Positions 42,600 to 56,519 of a stretch of 64,000 nt of DNA are shown one piece after another. The DNA lies in assembly GCA_033442325.1 (NCBI GenBank), contig JAWQFM010000009.1, positions 1,688,178-1,752,177 of the forward strand, read 5' to 3'. The notes beneath the pieces are model-generated. The model did no database searches. It had not been told where the DNA came from and saw only the letters and a program-made list of their open reading frames with translations. Position 1 is the first letter of the stretch. Each line of letters opens with the position of its first letter. Origin of the DNA: Salpingoeca rosetta. Taxonomy: Eukaryota; Protista; Choanoflagellata. Both the position numbers and the translations under genes were made by a program.

Positions 42600-45038
42600 G
42601 TGTGCAGAGCAGAGAGCAGTTGTGAGTGGAAGGGAAGGTGAAGATGGTGTGCTTGTGAATGATGAACAGCTGAGGCGACAGCAATGCGCAAGACTCTTGT
42701 ACGCACGCTCTTGTACGCACACGTGCCGACACCACTGTCACGGCCACCACCACCACTGCTGCTGCTGCTGCTGCTGCTGCACCTCGATGATGGTGTCGTG
42801 GTCTGGGATGAAAATGTCGACAACAAACCCGTTGATCTTCGCTTCCACATCCACGCGCTCAAACATGTTCATCCCTTTCAACTGCACGTGCGTGCGCCAG
42901 ACCATGTGGAATTGCGAGCACGCGCGTGTGTTCATGTGCGTGTTCATGAGGAAAGTGAGGAAACAGGTGCGTTTGGGTGTATCGGTGAACTTTCATGAGA
43001 AACGACAGCTACGACAAAGACCATTGTGACAAGCGCCATTTGTGAACGCACGCATGGTTCACTCTCAGCCCCCACGCCGGACAATACAAAAACCACCACC
43101 ACCACCAGCAGCACTTCCCTTCAATCACGAGAAAGGATGCTACACAACCCAGCACTCACCGCAGACACGATGTCTCGCTGCATCTGCGACTCCTGGACGC
43201 GCGAGGAGGAGCCTGAGTCATCCTGATGCAATCAATCAAGATGTCAAGGTGAGGGCAGATTGCGCCATTCGATAAATTGATTGAGTAGCAGATGGTGGGA
43301 TGAAGCAGCAGAGCGCGATGGGGTTGGATGAATCAAATGGTGGTGAGTGTGTGAGTGGAGATGGTCTTTGCATGAACAGATCTGGCACGAGTGGGGGGGG
43401 GGAGGGTCAGGTCATAACTGCTGACTGGAGTGTGCTCGATTGCGTTGCAATCACGTGTGTGTGTGTGTGTGTGCACCATAGCTTACAATCATTTCGTGGA
43501 GGCAGGCGCCAGCGGCCTGGGAGAGGTGGTGCGGAACATTGAAGTCGCTTTGCCAAAATACCCACGACAGAACCTGGCGCACACGTACATGTGTGCATGT
43601 GTGTAATGTTACAACGAGAGCACAGCAGAAACAACCATGCAACGACGCCGTTGTTGCCCTCCTGTACATCTAAACACGTCCTCCCTCCCCGCACTCCCTC
43701 ATTCATCCATCCATCCCCCCCCCAACTGTTCGACTGTTCGACTGACCGGAAAGGCGCGTCGTGTGCTTAAGCGGTCGCTGCGCTGGCGGTAACCGACAAT
43801 GACGCGTTCAACCAGCGGCCAGTGCTCCGGCGTGAACTTGCCTGCAAGCAAAAAAGAAAAACAACACAAGCAATGACAGCGGTGATGCGACGATGGACGC
43901 CAAGGTCACATAGTGGCAGCGATGGTGTGGGAAACAGCTATGAAAGCTTCAAACACGAGCACGCGCAGACACACATGCACAAGCACGAGCAGACACACGC
44001 AAGAACAAGCACACACACACGCCAAAGTACACACACACACACCAAAACACACACGCATCCAAGTACAAGTACGCACGAATGCACACATGTGCGCACCTGA
44101 GACGATGAGAGCAAAGACAAAGGCGGTGAGCGTTGGCCACGGGGTGTTGGGGCTGGCGTATGCCTCGTCAAGTGCGGAGATGAGCTTGTCGGGAATGTCC
44201 ACGCGCGCGTTGGCGAGGGCGGTGATAAAGGGGGCTGCGTGCCACGACTGCCTCTTGTTCTTTGCAAGTTGGATCAGGTGGGGATAGCACTCTGCATCAA
44301 GGAACGGGCAGGCAGGGCGGTGGTGTTGGGTTTTGGGATGAACGAGGAATTGACACATGCGTCAGTCTGAATGCAGCACCAAGAGATCAACATCAAATCA
44401 GCAACTGCCACGCGCACTGTTGCCTTGTCTGGACTCACGCTTGAGTGCCTCGCCTGGCGGCTGGATGCGATTGACGCTGCAGAAACGGATCAGCGTGATG
44501 CAGGACGCGCGGTCCGCCCTTCCTTTCAACCGATCGAGAACAATTCGCTTTGTCTGGCCGTCCAGGGGCACCTGAGTGATGATGTTTATGTGCGTGTGTG
44601 TTCATGTTCGTAAGGGCGAGAAAGAGAGAGAGAGAGAGAGAGCGTGTGTGTCTGTGTGTGTGTCTGTGTGTGTGTGTGGGTGTGTCTGTGTCTGTGTCTG
44701 TCTGTATGTGGGTGTGGACCTGCGTGTGTGTGGACGTGTGTGAATGCGCGCATGCAAGCAACCACATCACTCCGCTCGACACTGCCCACCTTGAGTTTGA
44801 ATGTGGCGTTGAGAGCTCGGTGTAGACATGCCATTGCATCGTCCTCCGCCTCACGCGCCAGAATTGTCCTGATGGCAACAAGTGCACGCAGCCATGGAAA
44901 GCAAGCAACAAGACGAAGAGGTGTGTGTGTGTGTGTGTGTGAGTTTGTGTGTGTGTGTGTGTGCGTGTGCGTGTGTGTGCGTGCGTGTGTGTGTGTGTGC
45001 GTGCGTGTGTGTGCGTGCGTGTGTGTGTGTGTGTGTGC

Positions 45039-45108
<70 letters not shown>

Positions 45109-46398
45109 AACAGCAAACGTCAGCAAGAGCAATGATGTGCCTACCGAATGATTCTTGAAAACTGGTCACGGTTGCGGTGGTGTGTAAGGACGTGAATATC
45201 AAGCGTCTCTGCTAGCTGCTCCAGCGATAAATCCTCCAGCCGAAGGTTGTCAAGCAATATCTGACATCAAGACACATGATAAGGCAATCCCCTAACGGTT
45301 GAGAACGCACACGCAGTGATGACAGTGCACCTCTTTTTCCAAGCTCAAGAGCACACACACACACACACGCACGCACACACATACGAAGTGCATACACACA
45401 TCCCCCCCCCCGCACACAGCTGCACGTACGGCAATGGATGGCCCAAGGTTGGCGGAGGCTGGATTGCTGGCTGCGCCCGTGTCGTCCACAAGGCGCGCAA
45501 GCCGCTGCGCCACGACCAATGCCTCCGCTGCGTAGTCAACTGCAAAGTTGGGTGTGATGATGGGAGACAGGAGCCGCACGTAGTTGGGATCGCCGTGGTC
45601 GGCAATCTCCGATGACAGCATGACCAGCTCCAGCGGGCTGGCCGAGACGCAGCGAGACTCCAGGATGGAACTCGCCTTGTCCGACACGCTCTTCATGCCC
45701 TCTTGCAAAAAGATGTCACTCCTCACGAGATCCTTCAGCAGCGCCTCCACATGAAAGAGGACGGGCAGGCGCTCTGTTGCCAGCACTGCTGTGAGTCGGC
45801 TGAACGTGTCGCTGGTGCTCTCGCCGGTGCTTTGCGCCCCCGTTTTCTCCGCCGTGGCGCTGCTGTTGGCCGAGCGTCCACTCGCCACCGCATCTGTACT
45901 GGAATCCACATGGTTCTGCTGCACCAGGCTGCGAATCGCATCAAACATACCAGCGTACATGTCACCCTCCGACATGGGCGATGCGGTACTATGCGCCTGC
46001 TGTGGTGGTTGAGGCTGTGATTCCGGTTGCTGTCTCAGTGACGCGATGGCATCCAACCTCGCCAGCACCTGCTGCCTGCTGGTACGCGTCGACAAGTCTT
46101 GTTGCTCACTCTTGTTGTTGGTGGTATCTTTTCTTGTGCTCTGGCTGCTTCGGCTGCTTCGCGTCACGCTCTTGCCCGATTGTGGCGCGTGCTTCTGGCC
46201 TGAAGATGCGCACCGCCTTTGTTCAAGACCGGGGCCAAGGCAGCTCCACTGGCAGTGCCCCTGCGAAACCCACGGCACCATGGCACGTGATAGTCGACCG
46301 TGCGGCCATTGCTGTGGCCGTGGCTGCTGTGCTTGTCGCTGCATGTGCCTGCAGCCCACGACAAGCAGCCGTCTCGCCACCACCATCTGCTGCTGCAT
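41712..46398 (-). CDS. RAP-domain (FASTK-like) protein, probably mitochondrial
   Basis: C-terminal [22 protein letters not shown]|VDGLTHF...[24 protein letters not shown] is a RAP/PD-(D/E)XK-like domain. The N-terminus is an Arg-rich presequence-like segment. The last exon is [26 protein letters not shown]. Confidence 0.75.
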
Positions 46399-46563
46399 TG
46401 CGCGTTGATCGTTCTGTTGTTCGTCGTCGTGCTTCTGAAGAATATTCGCTGACATGTTCACAAATCTTCACAACTTCAAACAGGACTTGTTGGTGGTTGG
46501 TGGTTGGTGGTTGTTGGTCTCGCGCACACCACTCACACACATCAAACGCACGGAAGGCCAACG

Positions 46564-46678
46564 ATGAGCGACGCGGAGGACGTGCGAGACGACACGTTTG
46601 TTGTCGCGGGTAAGCATATGCCTTCTTGCGTGGCGAGCGCGCAGTGTGCTGCTCCGTACACCTGTGCTGTACAATGCT

Positions 46679-46724
<46 letters not shown>

Positions 46725-46884
46725 ATAGGCATGGGAATGGATAGATGCGCTGACTGTGCCTTTTGGCGTGTGTGTGTATGTGTGCACAAACATCCGCAGT
46801 CCATGGCGCACCGGCTCTGCGCGATGACATTATCCCCGAGATTCAGAGAAGGCTTCCCCTCTCCAAGCTGAGGTCTGTCGTGTG

Positions 46885-46920
<36 letters not shown>

Positions 46921-48683
46921 TGTGTGTGTGGGTGTGTGGGTATGTATGTATGTGGCGTGCGTGTGGTTAAGATGAGGTGGAGATGACGTGTGCAAACGTG
47001 CGGGCGCTTTTGTGCCTTGACGTGCTCGCGTTCTACTCAACCTAGTTTACATTTACGCACACGCATACTCACATATTGACGTACACTCGTACTTACACAT
47101 ATTCATGCACACTCACACACGTACACCACGGCACACACTCAGGTGGAAGAGCACAACGCTCGGTCGCGATCTGTTTGTGCCAGTGCTGCCAGCCACGGTT
47201 CGGCCGTTCTCATCGGAAGACGTCATGCCACCATCCTCAACTCACACCTTCCACCGACAGCCCATCCTGCACATCTGTGCCGTCGCTTGCCAGGTCCGGC
47301 GTATGGCCGTGGTGTGCATGTGGCTACACGCGTGCACAATGCTCTTGGTGCTTGGCGTCTACTGAAATGGGCAAAGTAACCGGACCCTTCCTCGACTTTC
47401 ACACACTCACACACACACATATTCACACACACACGTATTCACACACACACACACACGTATTCACACACACACACACACAGGACTTGAACGAATATCGACA
47501 GAAGCGACGTGTGGAAGTGCTGCAGTGGCACGAACAGGTCCAGGCACGCAGCCACGCCGGGTGGCTCATCGTGCACGTGACACCAACACCAGCCCGCGCA
47601 AAGAGCATGCGGCTGTCCCTTCGCGAAGACGTCCTGGGCCGCCTGCGCAGCGATTTCGGGGGGAAGGGACAGGCAGATGCGTGCCTGCAACTGCCGCTGA
47701 CGGGAGCGTCGATTGCGCGCGACCTGCACGATAACGTGTGGGGCGCGTTTGTTGCTCGCATGAGAGGCGTCTTCATCCAGCACATCGAGTTCAGGTGCGC
47801 TGTCGTTGTTGGCAACGCTTGCCAGGGTCACACACCTCTGGGGAGAGGGAGTGCAGCGCAAGTGCACGCACAAACAAACACACACGCGTGCATGCATGCA
47901 TTGACGAAACTGTACATCGTGACAGCTGAGTGTACAACGTACATGCCCTCACGGACGTTGTTGCTCATGCTTCCTGCATCTTCACACTCACGTCCACACA
48001 TGCACACACATACACGTGTGCTGGCAGGCTGCGATGGTTGAGCGAGCGGGCGCAGGTGAGAATTCCGCCGCATTTCTCGTCAGCGCCGGCCATCGCCGTT
48101 GCCGCCACCGGCCGATACGACAAAAAGCAGAGCAGCAGCAGCAGGCATGACGAGGCGTTCATCACATCTGTCATCGAGCAGGTGTTGAAGTGGACACGAC
48201 GCCCGTATGTGTGTGTGTGTGTGTGTGTGTGTGCCTGTGCCTGTCTGCGCTGCTGTCTGTGTTGCTGTCTGTGTGTAAGTGTGGATAAATGTACTTTCAC
48301 ACTTGTATGTGTGTGTGTGTTTGAGAACACTCGCGTGCCAAGGAACTCCCCTCACGCATCGCCTCCGTATGCGTGTGCGCAGGATGATTTGGCGCTGTGC
48401 TTGCAAGCATCTGGACTGCGATCAGACGCATGTGCCGTGTATCGAAAACTCCTGCATGATATCCACACATTCGCTGAGAACCACGCGCGAACCTTGCCCC
48501 TCTCGTTTGCCCCCGTGCGAGGTAAGCGATAGCTGACCACACAAGCTGGTGAAGGCTCATTGCGGCGTGCATGCGTGTCTTCCTTCACACCGATTGTTCT
48601 CACAGCCGCCACCTGCAATGCTGTCAACACCTGTACACGTTGTGGCAGAGACCGTATTCGGAAGCGACACGCCTCAACAACAA

Positions 48684-48715
<32 letters not shown>

Positions 48716-49119
48716 ACAGCAGCAGCAGCAGCAGGCCGCCCTGTGTGTGTTTGGCGCTGCGCTGTGCTCGCCAACACAACCACCATCGTCATCGTCATTG
48801 CAGGCAGTCGCAACTGCATCACCCTCGTCGTCATCAGCAGCAGCAGCAGGAAAACTGGACAGTTTTTCCTTTTCGTCTGCGCGTCTTGCCCGCACGCGTG
48901 AGCGTATGATTTCGCACAGGGCGGCGCTTGTGGACGTGTACATGTACACATATGCACGATACGCGCGTGTGCTGAGAGCTCAACGTGACATCAACGCTGC
49001 AGTGGATGTTGTGCTCGAATGCATTGTCACCCTCTCCCACCTGCTCCATCAGTGGCCAGCGTGAGTTTGTGAACGACCGTGTATGTATGTATGTGTGTGT
49101 TTGTTTGTTTGTGTTTGTG

Positions 49120-49183
<64 letters not shown>

Positions 49184-50101
49184 CGTGTGTGTGTGGTGCT
49201 GGAATCGTGCGACCTACGTGTTCAGTTTCATTCCTGTCATCACCATCACCATCACCACTGTCACCACCGTCAATGTTGTCATCACAACAGGGTGTCGTGC
49301 AGTGCGCGTGCTCGGGAGTGGCGATGTGTCACCGCCCTCGACGCCATCCGCTTCATCCATTCCTGCAGCCGCGACCAACGTGAGCCGCACACGCCCAACA
49401 CCTTGTTGTATGCGCGTATGTATGTATGTATGTATGTATGTATGTATGTATGTATGTATGTATGTATGTATGTATGTATGTATGTATGTATGTATGTGTG
49501 TATGTGTGTATGTGTGTGTGTGTGTACGCCTACACTCACTCGGTTGTGAATTGTGCCTGCAAGCATTAAGCCGTCGCGTGCACACTCACACCCTACCCTC
49601 ATCGTTGTCCACGTGTTCCTCTCCCCAGACATGACCGCACCCCTTGGCGTCAACTTCGGCATCTTGCTCGACTTCACAGCGCGGTGCATGGTGGCGTTTG
49701 GCGCACACGTGCACCGCCATCTCCCGCACCACCGCCCCTTTGTCGCCGACGCAACGTCCGCTGTGCACGACATGTGCACGTGGCGTCCATCCATGCAAGG
49801 TGCCAAGATGAGGTGGTGAGGGCAGGGACAGTGGAGTGGGGTTGCACTGTGCTGTGTGGATGGTATTTGTGTCACTCGAACACAATCTCGGCACCAAACA
49901 AGCACACAGTAGGGCCACATGTTGGCACACACACACACGCTCACACGAGCTCATCGCTTGTCCAACCCCCATGACCTGTGCGTTGGCAGCCTTGTCATCG
50001 ACCCCGTCGAAGGCCATGGTCGCGGTGTCATCGTCGTCATCGTCTTCTTCGTTCCTGTCTCCGCTCAACAGCCTGACAGCAAGTCCCGCTCGCCACATCA
50101 C

Positions 50102-50149
<48 letters not shown>

Positions 50150-51141
50150 GCAACAACTTCAACAACAACAACTTAAACAACAACAACAAGCAGGTGGTGA
50201 CAATGGTGATGATGCGTGTGAGTTACAGCTGCAGCAGAGAGCGGAATCAATTCCACTTTCGCCTGAGCATCACCACATCCCCGCTTTTCCGCACACTGAG
50301 AGCAACGCCAGCCCGCGAACTGGCCACGTAGTTCGCAGACATGACGAAGAAGACAATGATGATGGCGGTGAAGGTGATGATGATGGTGATCACAGTGGTG
50401 GTGTTGCTGGTGACGAGAACAACAGCGGCACCGGTTGTGCTGACGGTCGTCAGAGTCACGACGATGAAGTGTTGCAGGAGCTGCTTGTTGTGCACGAAGC
50501 GTCTGTTGCGGATGCTGATGGCGATGATGACGGCGACAGCGTTGATGGCGTGTGTGGCGGCGGCGTGGAGGTTGTGCTTCATGGAGATGACGCGACACAC
50601 ACGCACGTACCCGCTGACACCGACCACAACCAGCAGCAACCATCCCGACAACAAGTACAACACCACCCGCATCCTGACCCGAGCATGAATGGCGCTATTG
50701 TTGTTGCTGCTGCTGCTGCGGGACGGCCCGGTGCCGACGATGACGGCCGCTCAGACAACACGATACAGATGCACAGGGCGCGGTCGCCCCGGCCACCACC
50801 GCTGGCACCACCGGAGCATGAGAGCCCGCTGGCGCTGTCGACATCAGCACAGTCGGCCGTGAGTGGGGATGAGGGCAGCAGCGTCGCGTCGTCGCGGCCG
50901 TCAACGTGCGAGCCAGACGCATTCACGCGTGCAGGGGCACACGCGCAGCAGCGGTGGCTGCAGCCCGGTGAGTTGTGGTGTGCACACAATTGTCGTGTGA
51001 TTTTTATCTTGTGTTTACATGTTCAAGATGGATGAAAGGAGGAGAATTTGTGGTTACATTATCTGTCTCGTTTTTGACTGCCACTCGCTGTTCTAACTCA
51101 CCTGATGCGTTCTCATCCTTTGTTCATGTGCATATGTGCGT

Positions 51142-51179
<38 letters not shown>

Positions 51180-53689
51180 TCAGACAACTCTGATGTCGTT
51201 TCGCCGCTCGATTCTCCAATTCGCCGGACTGCGCCATCACCGCTGCGCAGAACACAGCGAGGTGTGAACATGTGTGTGTGTGTGTGTCTGTATTTGTGGT
51301 TATGTGGGACCGTGCACGTTTGTGACGCAGCCACAGTGCACAGCACCTGCGCAACCGCAACCACATGTTTGCACCCGCACTCACGTCACTACCTGTGCAC
51401 TCGTGTGTCATGGACAGGCGAACCCCGACAACAATGCCTTCAGGCAACGCTTGAGAAACGATCATCGCGCAGCATGTACGCGCAAGGGTTGCATTTGCAT
51501 CGTGTGTGCTAAGTTGCACAATACACACTAATGCGCCGCACTTGCAACTTGCATCTGCACTCACTCGCCACCCAAATTGCTCTATGGCTTGCGTACACAC
51601 ACACACACTCTCTCTCTCCACTCACGCAAACACACACTCTCTCCCCACTCACGCAAACACACACACATGCGCACACACATGCGCACACACATGCGCGCAC
51701 ACACATGCACACTCACGTGCTCGTTTTGACAGCCTGCGCTCATGCCAAGACCTGTCGACGTTTTCGTCCGTGACCATCAACATTGCGGAGGCGAGCATGC
51801 ATCACTTTCAGATGGTATGAAACCCATGTTTTGCTGTCATGCTCATTGTAACACAAGAGGCCCAGCCTGCAGTGTTCTGCTCAACGTACTAGCATGCAAC
51901 TTGTCTCCTGCACGAACACAAACACACACGAACGCACACACGCGCGCACAATTTCTCGTACCAGCCATACTTACTCTCCCCCAACCCTCTCCAATCCACA
52001 CCAACACTTACCGCCACATCATCCCCTCCCTGGTCAGCTGCCAAAGCGGCGCCTGGCGCTGGTTGCAATGCTGCAACTCGCTGCTCTCCACCTCGCACTC
52101 GGCAATCCCGTCGAGGCACAAGCCCTCTTTGCACACGCTGCCAGGTGCATGGCCTGTCCAGCTGTTCATGTACATTCGTGTGCGTCTGTGTACGTCCGTG
52201 TGTGTGTGTGTGCGTCCGTGTGTGTCTGTGTGTGCACGCGCGCATGTGCAAATGAGAGCCTGTCGTGTGGTGCTCCTGACTAACCTCCTCCACACACACT
52301 TTCCCACACAAGACGTACACAACTCACACATTCTCATGCTTGTGCTGTTCGTGCACTCTCCACAGGCAAGCGCAGGCCGACCGCTGGCTGTCGTTGCAGC
52401 TGGAGGCGCTACAAGGGCTGTGCGCGTGCCACGCTGCGAACATGATGTGGTCGCGCCTTGCGTCATGCTGCTGCCGGGTTCTCGCTGCACTCGCACGCAT
52501 CGACTCCACCGTACTCTCCACTCGCCACAGCCCACCGACACAACTCGCGGTGTGTTTCGAAGCGATGCCTGCTGCGGTTGTGTGTGTGTGCGTGTGTGTG
52601 TGTGTTTGCTCTGATGGAATGGTGTTGCTCGATCTTGCACACATAATGTGCGCGCTGTGTGTCCTTCCCACGCCTGTATGCTGTTTCATATCAACTGCAC
52701 CCTCTATCGTGCTCCTCATTGACTTTGCTGGCGTACACCACATCGTCACCACGCCTGCTAGCGCGAGTATTTGGAGCTGTTGTCTGCGATCACGCAGCAC
52801 TCGCCATCCCTCCCACCGCTGTCACCAACACAGCTGCTGCAGGCCACCAAATGCACGCTTGTGCTGACGACGATTGCACACGGTGCTCGGGACGCGCGTG
52901 ACAGTGCAGACGCAGCACAACATGGTGTTGCATTCCATGCCGGCAGCACGATTGCAGTGGATTTGGTGCGTTCAGCAAGCAGGACAGATGTGGTTTCGTT
53001 GTATTGAGAGTTACGCATGCATCGTACACACATGTACTACACGCACTCGTGTGATCGAATTTCTCCTCATTACCGTTTTGAAACCCACTCACTTACTCAC
53101 ACACCCACTCACTCACTCACTCACTCACTCACTCACTCACTCACTCACTCACTCACTCACTCACTCACTCACTCACTCACTCACTCACTCACTCACTCAC
53201 TCACTCACTCACTCACTCACTCACTCACTCACTCACTCACTCACTCACTCACGCACTCACTCACTCACGCACTCACTCATCCACGCACTCACTCATCCAC
53301 GCCACACACGGGGATGCAGACCATCACAAGCCAGGCGCCGCTCTCGCTGACGTTTGACACCATTGAACTACCATGCTCTCCCCTGCACTATCATCCTCAT
53401 CTTCATCGTCAACATCAACAACAGCTCTCACTGCCGCCGCTTGACCAACACGACAGCGACAAATCCGACAATGACAGCGACCAGCAACAGCAAGACAGGC
53501 CAAGTCCCCACACTGCACACTCTGACAGAAGCAGCACCAGCAGCACCAGCAGCAGTGACGATGGTGATAACGATGATGCTGCGTCATCTCTTGTTCTTCG
53601 CGCAACGACGGCGCCAATTTTGCTTGAGCCAGAGGGCAGAGAAACGCACATCCACTTGCAGGCCATTGCCACAAGGTGCGCCACCGCAG

Positions 53690-53744
<55 letters not shown>

Positions 53745-54788
53745 GTGTGTGGGGGGGGTGTATGTGTGTGTTTGTGTGTGTGTGTTGAGTAGCGTTGTTG
53801 TGGCTGACTGAAACAAACTCGAGCATGAGACGCCACTTCACACACGCACACACACATTCTTTCACACGCACACTCACACACGCACTCACACACGCAACCA
53901 TACACTCACATACACACACCAGAGGGGAGTATCGGGCGTCGTCTGTCGAGTTGCGAATGCACAACGCCGTCTTCACACTGCCGTTGGAACAGCTGTCAAA
54001 TCCACTTCATTTCCGTGTGTCGCCAGCTGTGGATGACGTGCGGCTGTTTGCAGAGTGTGAAGCGAGCACACGACACACAAACATGCACAAGAACGGAGGA
54101 AAAAGTGGGGCGCCGTCGCTGCAGCACGACGTGACCACGTGTGGTGTGCTTGAACGGCAGCACCAACCATTGGTGCTCGTGTTTGGCTGCCAGCAACACC
54201 ATACACTGACCCTGTGCCCTGGTGCCCTTGGCACGAAAGCCCTGCGCGCTTATGTGCAGTCGCAGTCGCCGCCACTGTCCATCAGCCTTGATGCCATCGT
54301 CACCACTGCATCGACCAGCCACAATGACGCCCATAGCAACAGCGACGACGACACTGTGCAACCCGCACAACGCGATGACGCAGCCACGATGGCTGTCGAA
54401 GGTGGGGAGCTGACGGTGCGCGGTGCAAACCAACAGCACGTCCGCCTGCGCGTGTGCTCGACAACAGTAAAGCGCTCGCGCCGCCAACGCCTCGTGACAA
54501 CATGCAGCACGGCACACGCACCATCGCCAACACCAGCGCACCAGAATCATGAGCATCGCCAACATCGCCCTTCAATTGGAGACCAGGGCCAAGTCTTGCT
54601 GCTGGGCAGTGGTGAGCACGACGATAATGCAGATGATGTTGTTGCTGTTGATGATTACAATGCCGATGATGACGACGAGGATGAGGATGGACCGCTGGCT
54701 GTAGATGCGCACGTGACATACACCCAACTCACATCTCTTGAGCGCAAGTCACACACGCGCAGACTTCCTACGCGGTCAGTGTTGTCTG

Positions 54789-54823
<35 letters not shown>

Positions 54824-55493
54824 GCTGTGCGTTGATGGTCGCAAGTGCATATGTTTACACGCGCACACCCACAGTCACTTTCACCTCTGTAGCGTTTCCT
54901 TCACACACACTCAAACTCACACTTCCACTTCACTTTCGCTTCCGCCGTCAACTTGCACTAACTCATACTTACACAAACTCGTCGCCTCGCATGTATGGGT
55001 GGTTTGTTACACTGGTACAGTGTGTGTGATCTAGTGGCAGCGCGTTGTTGCTCTTGGGTTCAGGACTCACGCGTAATCCTGCGCATCGCACTCACTGTAA
55101 GCATATTGATTGTCCTGATGCAAACTGAAGCTTCTCTGTTCTATGTTTTGATGCAACCATATGCACCTGCCCGTATTCCTCCCATTTACGCTCTCTCAAT
55201 CGCGGAACACACACACACACGCATGCATGCACGCTGCAGGACTTTGCTGCTGCATGTCGTGTTGAGACGGCGACGCTGACCTTTGAAGACAGTGCGACTC
55301 AGCTGTCGTACACATGCACGCCGCTGTTCCCGACGGACGTGCCCTTCACTGTCTGCCATCCACGCCAAGAGATCACACTTGCGTGGATGCTGAGTTTGCA
55401 CAGCAGCAGCAGCGACAGCAGCAGCAACAGTGACACCGGCAATGACAGCAGCAACAACGCATTGCCGTCAACGCAGACGCCTGAGGTTGACGG

Positions 55494-55544
<51 letters not shown>

Positions 55545-56154
55545 CGGCATGCAGCAACTACTTCAATCCATGACCGCGACCGCTGGGCTGTCAGTTGCTG
55601 TGTCGCCACTTGGTGACGAGCGCAATCACGCTGACAACGACACGTGTGACCAATTGGTGTCGTTCAACAACGCCCACACCATCGAATGGGATGTGGAGCT
55701 GCACCATCCCCGCTTCCTCCTGGAAGCGCAATGGCGCATTCCTTCATCCCACTCAAACGACAACGCCAACACCAGCATGGATAACGACAACACCGACACC
55801 GACACCGAGGGCATGTGGCCGGCTGGTCAGTGGATTGAGGTCACGTGCGCCCTCCACCTTCGATCGCTCGCTATTGAGTCTGCACCCGGAGCAAACACGA
55901 CGCAGGATCGACGTGCATGTGTTGGCGTTCCGGTGCACATTACAGTTGGTGCTGGGTGGCTCGTATCGGGTGCTGCGTCACGTGTCGTGCCAATGGAGGT
56001 TGGTGGCACCACCAACATGAACGTCATTCTGCTGCCACTCGTCAGCAACGCACCACCCAAGCCAACACTGTCCGTACAAGTGAAGGCTGACGGTGACAGC
56101 ACCACCACTCACGCGACAACGCCCGTCATTGTCATCAACACCACGCACAATTGA
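46564..56154 (+). CDS. TRAPPC10: Trafficking protein particle complex subunit 10 (TRAPPII, Trs130-like)
   Basis: N-terminal RRLPLSKLR|WKS...QPILHICAVACQ|DLNEYR...WLIVHV...VLGRLRSDFG...C matches the TRAPPC10 N-terminus. The C-terminal exon has WLVSG...V.LLPL..., and the stop is at 56154. Confidence 0.75.
53106..53295. repeat. (ACTC)n microsatellite in a TRAPPC10 intron
   Basis: Direct observation. Confidence 0.9.
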
Positions 56155-56324
56155 GGGTGTGTGTCTCTGTCTGTGCATGTGTCTGTCTGTGTCTGTGTCT
56201 GTGTGGAAGTGTTGAACACACCTGTGTGCGTGTGTGCGTGTGTGTGGTTGTGTGCATTGCGAGCCATTCGGTTTCAATAGGACAACGAGTGAGCGGGGGA
56301 ATTGCAATCGAGCAGAACCAAGCA

Positions 56325-56370
<46 letters not shown>

Positions 56371-56519
56371 CGACGACGATGCAACCGCAAATAAACGAAA
56401 TTGAGCCAACAACAGCCCTCGCCAGAACCAGTGACAGCAGAAGCAGGGGGTGAACGAAGGAGAGGAGAAGTGAGCGGGCACGTGTTGTGTTCTGCACGCG
56501 TTGTGCGTGGCGAAAGAGC